This document shows positions 18,701 to 26,996 of a stretch of 64,000 bases of DNA, piece by piece. The position numbers were made by a program, and so were the translations under genes. The stretch is taken from sequence record NC_007623.1. One strand, written 5' to 3'. Position 1 is the stretch's first letter. Every line of letters starts with the position of its first letter. The notes beneath the pieces were generated by a model. That model did no database searches. It saw nothing but the letters and a program-made list of their open reading frames with translations, and was not told the origin of the DNA.

Positions 18701-19048
18701 ATGAGTCAAGTCAAGAAAGCGATGAAAGGTGTTCTGAAAGGTAACAGTCGAACGGCCGATAAGTTTGTATTATGGATGCCAGTTGAGCTACGCGATAAGG
18801 TTAGCGAACGCGCAACGGCCAATGGGCGGAGTATGAATGCTGAATTTATCATGCTCATACAGGCTGCGATAGCCAGTGGGAACACAGGTGGAACCCAAAT
18901 AAGGACTATTCCATCGGTAGGTGACCCTGTTCGGGTTGAAGGGCTCCCAGGTGTGGTGACTGAATTGATACCGACACCGACTGGATTAAAGATCCGGGCA
19001 AAAACCTGTGAGGGAGAGGATATTTATTCGTTATGGGAGATTGTTTGA
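18701..19048 (+). CDS. Arc-family ribbon-helix-helix DNA-binding protein, AmrZ-like
   Basis: [34 protein letters not shown] versus P. aeruginosa AmrZ [34 protein letters not shown] (recalled); AAGGA RBS 8 nt before ATG 18701. Confidence 0.88.
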   Translation: [115 protein letters not shown]

Positions 19049-19049
19049 T

Positions 19050-19250
19050 ATGACTCGTTTCGAGAACTCGGATAAGGAAAAGAAACCCAGTGTTCCTTTG
19101 CAGAACAAAATCGGGTTTGCGGGGATAGGGCCCGACGATGAGCCCATGTCGTGGACACTCACCCTCCCCGGTGAAAACTCGGTGGGTTACGCAGAACCCT
19201 TTCGACCTGAGAAAGAAGACCTGATCCCCCAACCGGTCTCTTTCGATTAA
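19050..19250 (+). CDS. hypothetical protein (66 aa)
   Basis: ATG 1 nt after the upstream stop; GGAGA RBS. Confidence 0.6.
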   Translation: MTRFENSDKEKKPSVPLQNKIGFAGIGPDDEPMSWTLTLPGENSVGYAEPFRPEKEDLIPQPVSFD

Positions 19251-19261
19251 AAGCGTTGTAT

Positions 19262-19295
19262 ACCCCTACCCAGCCCTTTTCGGCTGGGTAGGGGT
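19262..19295. terminator. bidirectional terminator
   Basis: 14-bp stem ACCCCTACCCAGCC/GGCTGGGTAGGGGT between convergent genes. Confidence 0.8.
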
Positions 19296-19313
19296 TAATC
19301 TCTTTATTTTTGT

Positions 19314-20369
19314 TTACTTCACTTTGGTAACACACGACGATCTGACCAGTTCGGTGATGTCGATCATCGTAGCTGCCACCGTCACGGTGATCTTATCCAC
19401 CTCGACCACCCCACTCAGCAATCCTTTCAGCTCATCGAGTCGCTTATTGAGGGCTTCCTTATCGGTGTCGTTACTGTAGTGGTTAATTTGACCTTCCACC
19501 TTGGCAATCTTGCTCTCCAGTGCTTGGCGGGTCTCAAAGATGCTCACCCAACTGTTGGACATTGCTTCTTCACAACGACCGATTTTGCGGACAAATTCCT
19601 TAGCGGAATTGAGGTCTTTGATCGTTGTCACTTTAGGCAGGCCGATAAGTCCATTCACGTATTGCTGGATACCAATAACCATGCCGTCCGCTACGCCAGA
19701 ATCCTCACCTTCATCCGCCAGTTTCTGGTACTTCGCTTTACGCTCATTCAAACGACCCACCGCGGCTTCCAGTTTGGCGACCTGGCTGCGCATTAGACTG
19801 CTGTGAATGATTCTGGAATCAAAGACTTCCTTGATCACCTTTTTAACCTGTTCAGGTTGGTGTTCCACCGGGAGGGCTTTAATGTCGTCAAGTTTCTTAA
19901 CTACGGTCTCCTTAGCACTTTGGTCCTCGATCTTGTTGGCGATCTGAGTGGCTTCTTGGAGAACAGGACCCACGTTGGTCGTTGTCACCTTAGGACTCGC
20001 TACGGCGTCTATCGCCTTTTCAGCGGCCTTAGCGGATTCATCTACCTTATCCAGTTTGTCTTTAACGTTCTTCTTGAAGAGACCCCCGAAGATCGACTTG
20101 AACAGGTTCTTGATGTATTCCCAGGCTTTCTTAATCCCTTCGCCAATCGACGACAGGAACCCCTCATTCCCCGCCACTTCATTACGGGTCAGGTAACCCG
20201 CGGTATGGAGAACGGACTGAAGGTAACGCTGATTCGCAGTCAGGTCCATTCCTTCAGTTCCCATGACCGTATCCGAAAGACCATCGAGTACTTGCTCAAT
20301 ATGTTCCATTTCTGGAACACCGTCCATCAGTTCGTCTTCGTATTCAACCGTGTTGGCTTGCTGTTCCAT
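19314..20369 (-). CDS. phiKZ-type internal head (ejection) protein with acidic propeptide
   Basis: Acidic N-terminus, G-T-E|G and G-N-E|G sites, then amphipathic GFLSSIGEGIKKAWEYIKNLFKSIFG helix. Confidence 0.7.
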   Translation of the reverse strand: MEQQANTVEYEDELMDGVPEMEHIEQVLDGLSDTVMGTEGMDLTANQRYLQSVLHTAGYLTRNEVAGNEGFLSSIGEGIKKAWEYIKNLFKSIFGGLFKKNVKDKLDKVDESAKAAEKAIDAVASPKVTTTNVGPVLQEATQIANKIEDQSAKETVVKKLDDIKALPVEHQPEQVKKVIKEVFDSRIIHSSLMRSQVAKLEAAVGRLNERKAKYQKLADEGEDSGVADGMVIGIQQYVNGLIGLPKVTTIKDLNSAKEFVRKIGRCEEAMSNSWVSIFETRQALESKIAKVEGQINHYSNDTDKEALNKRLDELKGLLSGVVEVDKITVTVAATMIDITELVRSSCVTKVK

Positions 20370-20386
20370 TATTTGCTCCTTAAGGG

Positions 20387-23209
20387 TTAAAAGAGTGAGA
20401 GAACACTCCGGGAGGTATACAAGGAATGGGTTTCAGGTTCATCCCCCATATCAAACATTTCTTGGCCGGTGATATTACCCAACAACTCATGGCCCTGTTC
20501 TTTACTCATAAGAATGTCCACTTGTTCCTTAGACCATTCCATGATGTTAATACTGCGGGTCATAATGTTGAGTTTATCCCCGGTGTCCATATCCAAGAGT
20601 TTAAAGTAACAGGGAGCATCCTGACCGGTACGCCAGGTACGGGCTTGGACCTGTTTCACTTCATACTCTCGGAAAGGGGCATTCAACAGAATGGTCAGGT
20701 TCGCCATAATCAAGGGATACCCTTCCTTCAGGGAATCAAAGATCGCAATCAACGCACGGAGAGTGGGGTCTTTCTCAAAGCGTTTGATATTGGTGTCTCG
20801 TTCGTTGCTGTTTTCACCGTATACTGTCACATTCGGATACCCGACCTTCGTGAGGTATTCCTCGCAGAGTTTAAGGGCATCCACGTAGGAGGTAAAGATC
20901 AGAGTCTTCTTCTCCACGTTATCGATGAGCTCAGGGAGTCCTGCGTGCGCAATGGTGTCTTTAATAGCGTTAATACGGGCTCGTCCTAAAACGTTCCCTA
21001 AGGCCTCTCCACGCAGTTTTAGACCCAAGTACTTAACCGCGGACTTAATGTTCCTGAAATCCTTCAGGGTGGTCCCTTTAAGGCCCTTCTCGATGTCTTC
21101 TTCCACCAGCTTACAGAACTGACTGTCTTGGTTATCCGTAAAACTGTTGTACCCCCGGGTTCTGAACCGGTGAACAATCTGTTTGTACTTCACCAGATTC
21201 TCAACCGCTTTAGCATTCCCCTGGATAGACAATTCATACGACGTCATAACATCGTTGTAGAATTCCAGGAAGCTCGGCATATGCTTCGTATAGAACGCAA
21301 TCCGTTCTCCAATGTAAATCTGCATTTGGAGGCGAATAGCATCCAAGGTGTATTGATCCGAATTCGGGATCTTCACCTTAACCAGTTCCATAGGAGGAGG
21401 ATCGCCCAATCCCACCAGTTCAGGAATGGTGAACTTCATACGTCCAATACGTCTACTCAGCAAATCCATTAACGAGGGACGGTTACGTCCATAGGACGCC
21501 ATAAAGAACTCCCGAGCCTTCTTATCGAAGTAGGGATCGATCATACAGGTCGTTGGGAAGATTTCACTCCCCTGAGCCTTTAGCGGCGTCCCTGACATCG
21601 GAAGGTGATGCCCGAACAGTTCCATGTCGCACCATTCGATCAACTTCCGTGTACGGGCTGCTTTAGGGTCATTGAAGTTCTGGGATTCATCCAGAATCAT
21701 CTTCAAAGCGCCTTTATGCTTCTTACTCAGCGCAATGAGGAAGTTCTCCAAGTATTTCCCCATACCACTGGTCATGTAATCGTAATGGACGATGTAGAAG
21801 TCATACCCTTCTTCTAAGACCTTACCGCTGATACTGGTCCAGATACGGGGTGGAACCTTAAAGTGCTGGAGGGGTTGTTCTACCCAGACTTTATCCACAA
21901 TGTTCATAGGGCAAAAGACAACCGTCGGAGCCGTATTGATCAATTGAGACCACGCCAAGGACGTAAAGGTATTGTGGGTCACGATGTAGTCATCCACCAC
22001 ATACAGCTTCTCGTCATTATCCAAGGCAATGCAGCAAGTCTCTTGATTCTCCACTTTCTCCCAGTACGCCAGCTTCAGTTGCAGGTCTTCATACTGGGAG
22101 AAGTTATACATTCCTTGAATACGGGGATTGTCTCCAATTAACCCAGTCATCATCTTGCCGACGTCTCGGTGCTTAAAGTCAACCTTATACAAACCGTTAA
22201 CCAACACTGGCTCCGTAGCTGTTCCTCCAATGGACCACATCAACCGACGGAAGTTCTCCATCCCAATCCGGTTCTCGTGATACGCGGATAAGACGGATTC
22301 ACTGATTAAACACCCCACGTGTTCAATCACCGATGTGACTATATTAAAGCGATCCCGATACGGGAGCTCCAATACGTTGTCCCCTATTACAACGTCGGTA
22401 TTGACCAGCTCCCTTGCAGCGACTTCAGAAGACGTATCGCAATGGGGGTTGCATCCATTGATCTCACCCACTAAGGGGAAGTACACATCCTCTTTACGGG
22501 CTTTATGGAGTACTTCCAACGTGGTTAAGATTTCATCGACCCCATTCACCGTGGTTTTCCACAAATGATACGGATGAGAGTCAGCCGTTCTACCGTCTTC
22601 GAAATAGAAGCGATAAACTTCCGTGATCCCCTGGGGGTAAATACTCTCCACACACGCGGTATCACCCCCGGGGGTCACTACGATATCCTTGACCTTTAGG
22701 TCACCCAAGGCTTTCCACCCATTTGGGACTTTAACCCGGGTTGAGAGAGGCATGGCTTTTCCTGAACCCGGTTTAGCATCCAACAACATCCCTTTCAAGT
22801 GATAACTGTTCACAATGATAGGGTATTGCTGAAGAAAGTCCAACTGCTGAGGAAAGGGAACTGTGTTGAACTGATTCAGTTTCTTAAGATCAAAAGGTTT
22901 ACCTCCCGGATTAACCGTATCTTTAATCCAGGTCTCGGTTTCAATGAGTTCCTTCAATTCACTCAACGCTCGTCTGCGGGTACGGAGGTTCCGTATTTTG
23001 AGGAGTTCCCCCACAATGTGGTGCAATTCTACCAGGAAGAAGTTATGCACCTTAATGGTGTCCCAGGATTCGCGTCGAATCTGATGTTTCGTTAAGAGAG
23101 AAGTGCTGTAGAACTTCTCAATGTCTTTGGCTAAATCGTAATAGGACACACCCGTAATGTGTACGTAGTCTCCCGTTTGTTTGATCTTAACTGAAAACAG
23201 TCCTAACAT
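20387..23209 (-). CDS. superfamily 2 (SNF2-like) helicase, intein-containing precursor
   Basis: Walker A KPGSGK|T, Walker B ILDESQ, motif III SGTP, motif VI QARTWRTGQ. Confidence 0.92.
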   Translation of the reverse strand: MLGLFSVKIKQTGDYVHITGVSYYDLAKDIEKFYSTSLLTKHQIRRESWDTIKVHNFFLVELHHIVGELLKIRNLRTRRRALSELKELIETETWIKDTVNPGGKPFDLKKLNQFNTVPFPQQLDFLQQYPIIVNSYHLKGMLLDAKPGSGKAMPLSTRVKVPNGWKALGDLKVKDIVVTPGGDTACVESIYPQGITEVYRFYFEDGRTADSHPYHLWKTTVNGVDEILTTLEVLHKARKEDVYFPLVGEINGCNPHCDTSSEVAARELVNTDVVIGDNVLELPYRDRFNIVTSVIEHVGCLISESVLSAYHENRIGMENFRRLMWSIGGTATEPVLVNGLYKVDFKHRDVGKMMTGLIGDNPRIQGMYNFSQYEDLQLKLAYWEKVENQETCCIALDNDEKLYVVDDYIVTHNTFTSLAWSQLINTAPTVVFCPMNIVDKVWVEQPLQHFKVPPRIWTSISGKVLEEGYDFYIVHYDYMTSGMGKYLENFLIALSKKHKGALKMILDESQNFNDPKAARTRKLIEWCDMELFGHHLPMSGTPLKAQGSEIFPTTCMIDPYFDKKAREFFMASYGRNRPSLMDLLSRRIGRMKFTIPELVGLGDPPPMELVKVKIPNSDQYTLDAIRLQMQIYIGERIAFYTKHMPSFLEFYNDVMTSYELSIQGNAKAVENLVKYKQIVHRFRTRGYNSFTDNQDSQFCKLVEEDIEKGLKGTTLKDFRNIKSAVKYLGLKLRGEALGNVLGRARINAIKDTIAHAGLPELIDNVEKKTLIFTSYVDALKLCEEYLTKVGYPNVTVYGENSNERDTNIKRFEKDPTLRALIAIFDSLKEGYPLIMANLTILLNAPFREYEVKQVQARTWRTGQDAPCYFKLLDMDTGDKLNIMTRSINIMEWSKEQVDILMSKEQGHELLGNITGQEMFDMGDEPETHSLYTSRSVLSLF
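21971..22756 (-). mobile_element. class 3 intein (262 aa) in the helicase Walker A
   Basis: Ala1 start (AMPL), block B HPYHLW, block F TCCIALD, end VTHN followed by Thr+1. Confidence 0.93.
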
Positions 23210-23238
23210 TGAAGTCGTCCTTAAAGAAGGGGTTTAAA

Positions 23239-24405
23239 ATGCGTCAAGTAGAAGTAGGATCCGCGGTCTATAACAACCTGGCTCGTCTATACGACCACCT
23301 GTGGGGTGGAGAATTGGTTGAGGTAGGCCAACGGGTAGAAGGGGAAACGGAATATCGAGATGTGCTGACCCTCGGAGATGTCGAGATCCATTACTTCTTT
23401 ACCCTCAATAAAGAAGGTAAAGAAGAAGCCTACGTGCGGTATACCCGTGACAACGGTACCCTCACGTTCCGACTGAACGAGAAGTGGACCCAATACCTCT
23501 TCAATGACGAAATCTTCACCATTCCAGAAGAGATCGTAGAGGGTATGGGGAGGGTCTCTATAGAGTTCCCCAGTAGTTGGTTACAGGTCGCGGCTAAACA
23601 CCCCGCTGATGATGTGCTTCAAGATGACCTGAAAACCACGGATAAACTGGTGATTAAGCTCTCCAATAAACTCCGTCATGCCGTGGATGTTATCACCAAG
23701 AAAAGCAACCATTTGGTTGAATGGGTGGGTAAACGTGACCACGACCTCTACCTCACGTTCAAAACCAAGAAAGACGACCTTTCTTACTTTACGGTTCGGT
23801 TTGATAAAGTCTACCCCGAAGTCCCTAAAGAAGGGATTACCCTCGGGGAAGGGGAAACGTTGGAGATTGATAACCCCGATAACCGTCAGGAAGTTAAGGA
23901 CCTTATTAAGACTATCGGTGAACTGGAACACCAAGTGAACCGACAGATTCAATATTACCGCAAGCATGCAGACCTGACTGACGCGGGTAAAGCACTCTTC
24001 GAGCAGGAAGTCCGTACCCTTCTATTTGCCGCCAGTCACTTCAGCAAACGCATTTATCCTTTCAACAGTGTGCATGGTAAGGAATGGTTGGATAAGGCGG
24101 CTAACGAGATCCTGGAGCGCCTGTACGCCTATAAAGCCACCACAGACGTTCCCTTCGGGTTGGATGTGAACAGTTGGTTCGTGTGGAGTTATCCACTGGA
24201 TGGAAGTGAGCCGGTTAAGGTCACGGATGAATCGGTTGACTTTATTGAGTGCGTACTTAATCGGTACACGGAGAGTTTTGTTGATATCCTGACGGGTTTC
24301 CTGATGGATTTGAACCACACGGAAGTCATCCGTCCGTATCACTACGTGGTGCCTGCTGACCTCAGTGACGGATACTCGATCGGCTCGATTCGTCGGGTAA
24401 AATAA
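23239..24405 (+). CDS. hypothetical protein (388 aa)
   Basis: ATG 23239 with AAGGGG RBS; divergent from the helicase. Confidence 0.8.
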   Translation: MRQVEVGSAVYNNLARLYDHLWGGELVEVGQRVEGETEYRDVLTLGDVEIHYFFTLNKEGKEEAYVRYTRDNGTLTFRLNEKWTQYLFNDEIFTIPEEIVEGMGRVSIEFPSSWLQVAAKHPADDVLQDDLKTTDKLVIKLSNKLRHAVDVITKKSNHLVEWVGKRDHDLYLTFKTKKDDLSYFTVRFDKVYPEVPKEGITLGEGETLEIDNPDNRQEVKDLIKTIGELEHQVNRQIQYYRKHADLTDAGKALFEQEVRTLLFAASHFSKRIYPFNSVHGKEWLDKAANEILERLYAYKATTDVPFGLDVNSWFVWSYPLDGSEPVKVTDESVDFIECVLNRYTESFVDILTGFLMDLNHTEVIRPYHYVVPADLSDGYSIGSIRRVK

Positions 24406-24417
24406 CGAAAACGACTA

Positions 24418-24451
24418 TACTCCAGGAGAGCCGTTGGGCTCTCCTGGAGTA
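24418..24451. terminator. bidirectional terminator
   Basis: 15-bp stem TACTCCAGGAGAGCC-gttg-GGCTCTCCTGGAGTA. Confidence 0.8.
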
Positions 24452-24458
24452 GTCGGTA

Positions 24459-25091
24459 TTACGGTACACCCAATCGAGACTCTAGATCCTTAATGTATTC
24501 ATCCCTGGCCACTAAGGCCGCTTCCAGATCTCGAATACGAGACAAATCATTACTGTCATCCGTAATCGTGTTCTTGCGGGTGGTTTCAAACACATCATGC
24601 TCATTCTTCGAGACATACCCAATGACCGGTACAGTTCCCAAAGTGGATTTCCCTTCCACTCCGAAATGGGCTTTGATGTAGGTATCGAAATGTTGCATCG
24701 CCAAGACAAGGTTATCCTTCATCTCAGGGGGTAACGCACCACAGTCGGTGACAATACACATGCGTTCGTACGAATACCCATCTACCAACGGGAAACTCTT
24801 CAGGTAGGTAGTCAGCACATAGACCGGAGGACCACTCCGCGGTATTAACGACACCACCACGGCGTTTTCACTGATCGCCTTTTCCAGTACCGCAGGGTAA
24901 TCTGCTTCGCTGAGTCCAATGGGTTTAAAGACCCGCTCGTAGATCTTAATCTTCAATCCCTGCATTTCAGGGATCGTTCGAGTGGCCTCTACGGTGTAGA
25001 ACGTATTGGGATTCACCACGGTTGAGAAGGGTGCGATAGCTTCAAACCGTCCGGCTGCACCAATGGCTGGAATGATGTTTTGCTCAGCCAT
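24459..25091 (-). CDS. hypothetical protein, probably virion structural (210 aa)
   Basis: Coupled to the upstream ORF; structural role inferred from phiKZ-like gene order. Confidence 0.7.
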   Translation of the reverse strand: MAEQNIIPAIGAAGRFEAIAPFSTVVNPNTFYTVEATRTIPEMQGLKIKIYERVFKPIGLSEADYPAVLEKAISENAVVVSLIPRSGPPVYVLTTYLKSFPLVDGYSYERMCIVTDCGALPPEMKDNLVLAMQHFDTYIKAHFGVEGKSTLGTVPVIGYVSKNEHDVFETTRKNTITDDSNDLSRIRDLEAALVARDEYIKDLESRLGVP

Positions 25092-25094
25092 TCA

Positions 25095-26441
25095 TTAATC
25101 CTCCTCTACAATCCCGTCTTGAATCATTTGCCACCGGGTGAACATCACGTATTTCACTTTACCAATACGCTTGGCCACACAGACCTTATCCAAGCGAGTC
25201 AGACGGCTGACCCCGGGAGGCAGCAAAGAGAACGGCGTAACCACTTCAGCGGCTGCTACCAGGTCCTCCATTCCACGGATAAACGCCATAGTAGCCTCAC
25301 CCATGGATCCAAAATCAGGATCCAGGGAGGGGATCAATTGGTACTGGGGAACAATTGAACGAATCTTCTGCATCCCTTGACGGTTGTTCTTTTTAGCTAC
25401 AAACCCAATCTGAACCGATTTATACAGCATGGGTAGGGTTTGGAAGGATTTTATGATGAAGTCTTCTGGTATTGTTGGGACCAAGTACTGCTTGGCAATA
25501 TCGATTTCAGTCTCACGATCGACAATGGGGGAGAACGAGCTAGCACCGGTGGTGCGGTCTACAATCCCAATCATGTCGAAACGGGGGATGGCATAGAACT
25601 CCAGCGGGTTGAAGAGATCGGGGATCTTTTCTTCCCAATCTTCACGAGGATACTTCGAATCTTTCAAGATTTCATCTTGAATCTGTTCGTAGAGCTGATC
25701 TTCCGCCTCGGTACCATTACCCCAGGACAGGATAGACCAGTACCCCATGTTGAACTTGCCGGTGTTAATCAGGTCAAGTATCTGGAATTCTTCGACGTTG
25801 CGCTCTGTATAGGGCCAGCCTGCATTCCGAGTCGCTTCATGTTCACGTTGCGCGATGACCGTCGGGGTTTCCCGTGCGAACCGCTCAGCAATCTGCTGAT
25901 AGTTCATGGTCATCAGGTTGTCCATCTCGTTTAACGGGATGGGGTGGATAATCGTAAACTGAACACGGGGATATTGGATCAGGAAGTACGCGTCAGCCAT
26001 CCACAAGTAGAACGGCTGCTTATCACCACCCACGACATGATAGCCACGAACAAAGCTCGGTAGCCAGATCGTGTTATTGGTGACCATTTCACCAACGTCT
26101 TCAATCACAACATTGGTGGTGAATTGGGCTTTGAGTAGCGCAAGGGTGTTAGGACGACTGTCAGTGATTTTCCCGCTTAGAGCTTGTTCATACAACCAGT
26201 TGGACACACCGATTTGAGCTTCAGCAATCGCTTGCGGCATAACAATCTCTGTTCCATCGGTTTCGGAATAGAAATTGACCAATACGGTTGCACTGGGAAT
26301 GTTCGCAGCCAGGGTAAACTTACCCGGGTCTTTGGCGTAACTGTTGGACTTGTTCGACAGCTCGCCAATAGGGGAGGTTGTGAGTAGACTGTTGTCGTGA
26401 AGCTTTGCTATACTTGCGAAAGAAAGGAACGTGGTACTCAT
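25095..26441 (-). CDS. hypothetical protein, probably virion structural (448 aa)
   Basis: Long ORF with phage codon usage; role inferred from context. Confidence 0.75.
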   Translation of the reverse strand: MSTTFLSFASIAKLHDNSLLTTSPIGELSNKSNSYAKDPGKFTLAANIPSATVLVNFYSETDGTEIVMPQAIAEAQIGVSNWLYEQALSGKITDSRPNTLALLKAQFTTNVVIEDVGEMVTNNTIWLPSFVRGYHVVGGDKQPFYLWMADAYFLIQYPRVQFTIIHPIPLNEMDNLMTMNYQQIAERFARETPTVIAQREHEATRNAGWPYTERNVEEFQILDLINTGKFNMGYWSILSWGNGTEAEDQLYEQIQDEILKDSKYPREDWEEKIPDLFNPLEFYAIPRFDMIGIVDRTTGASSFSPIVDRETEIDIAKQYLVPTIPEDFIIKSFQTLPMLYKSVQIGFVAKKNNRQGMQKIRSIVPQYQLIPSLDPDFGSMGEATMAFIRGMEDLVAAAEVVTPFSLLPPGVSRLTRLDKVCVAKRIGKVKYVMFTRWQMIQDGIVEED

Positions 26442-26474
26442 GATTGGCTCACCGTTGATGTAAGGAATACGCCC

Positions 26475-26930
26475 ATGGTTTTAGGTATTGCAAAGGAGAT
26501 GGCGGATAGATTCATAGAATTCGTTCTTAAATTCTTCAAAGGGGAGTCTGCTGAAGACCAACTGAGCAAAGCCCTTAAAGTTTCAGTACTTACTATTGCC
26601 CTGCTACTGTTTGGTTTGTTTGCATTGTTGAGTAACAACCTCAACCTGCGCATGGATCTGGCGGATGCTGAAATTGGTCTGGCTAAGATTAATATGCTCT
26701 TCGACCCTACTGTGGGGGAAGGGGGACCTTTAAAAGAGTTCGTTCGTATCAATGATGCGTTGAGTCGACAACTAGACAGTGTTAAGAATCAAAATATCAT
26801 CTTGTCGAAACGAACCATTACTGCAACGGCTGAAAACAAGGTACTTAAGGAACACCTACTTAAGGTCCTTGAAGAGAACAAGATTCTACAAAATAATAAC
26901 CAAATGCTGTTGAGAAAATGTACACAATAG
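26475..26930 (+). CDS. membrane-anchored coiled-coil protein (151 aa)
   Basis: TAAGGA RBS; TM segment VSVLTIALLLFGLFALL; heptad-rich C-terminus. Confidence 0.7.
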   Translation: MVLGIAKEMADRFIEFVLKFFKGESAEDQLSKALKVSVLTIALLLFGLFALLSNNLNLRMDLADAEIGLAKINMLFDPTVGEGGPLKEFVRINDALSRQLDSVKNQNIILSKRTITATAENKVLKEHLLKVLEENKILQNNNQMLLRKCTQ

Positions 26931-26996
26931 GGACCGGTTAAATTCCACAAGGATGTGTATCCCATGTACACGCACCTACTAGAATGAGTTAACGTA

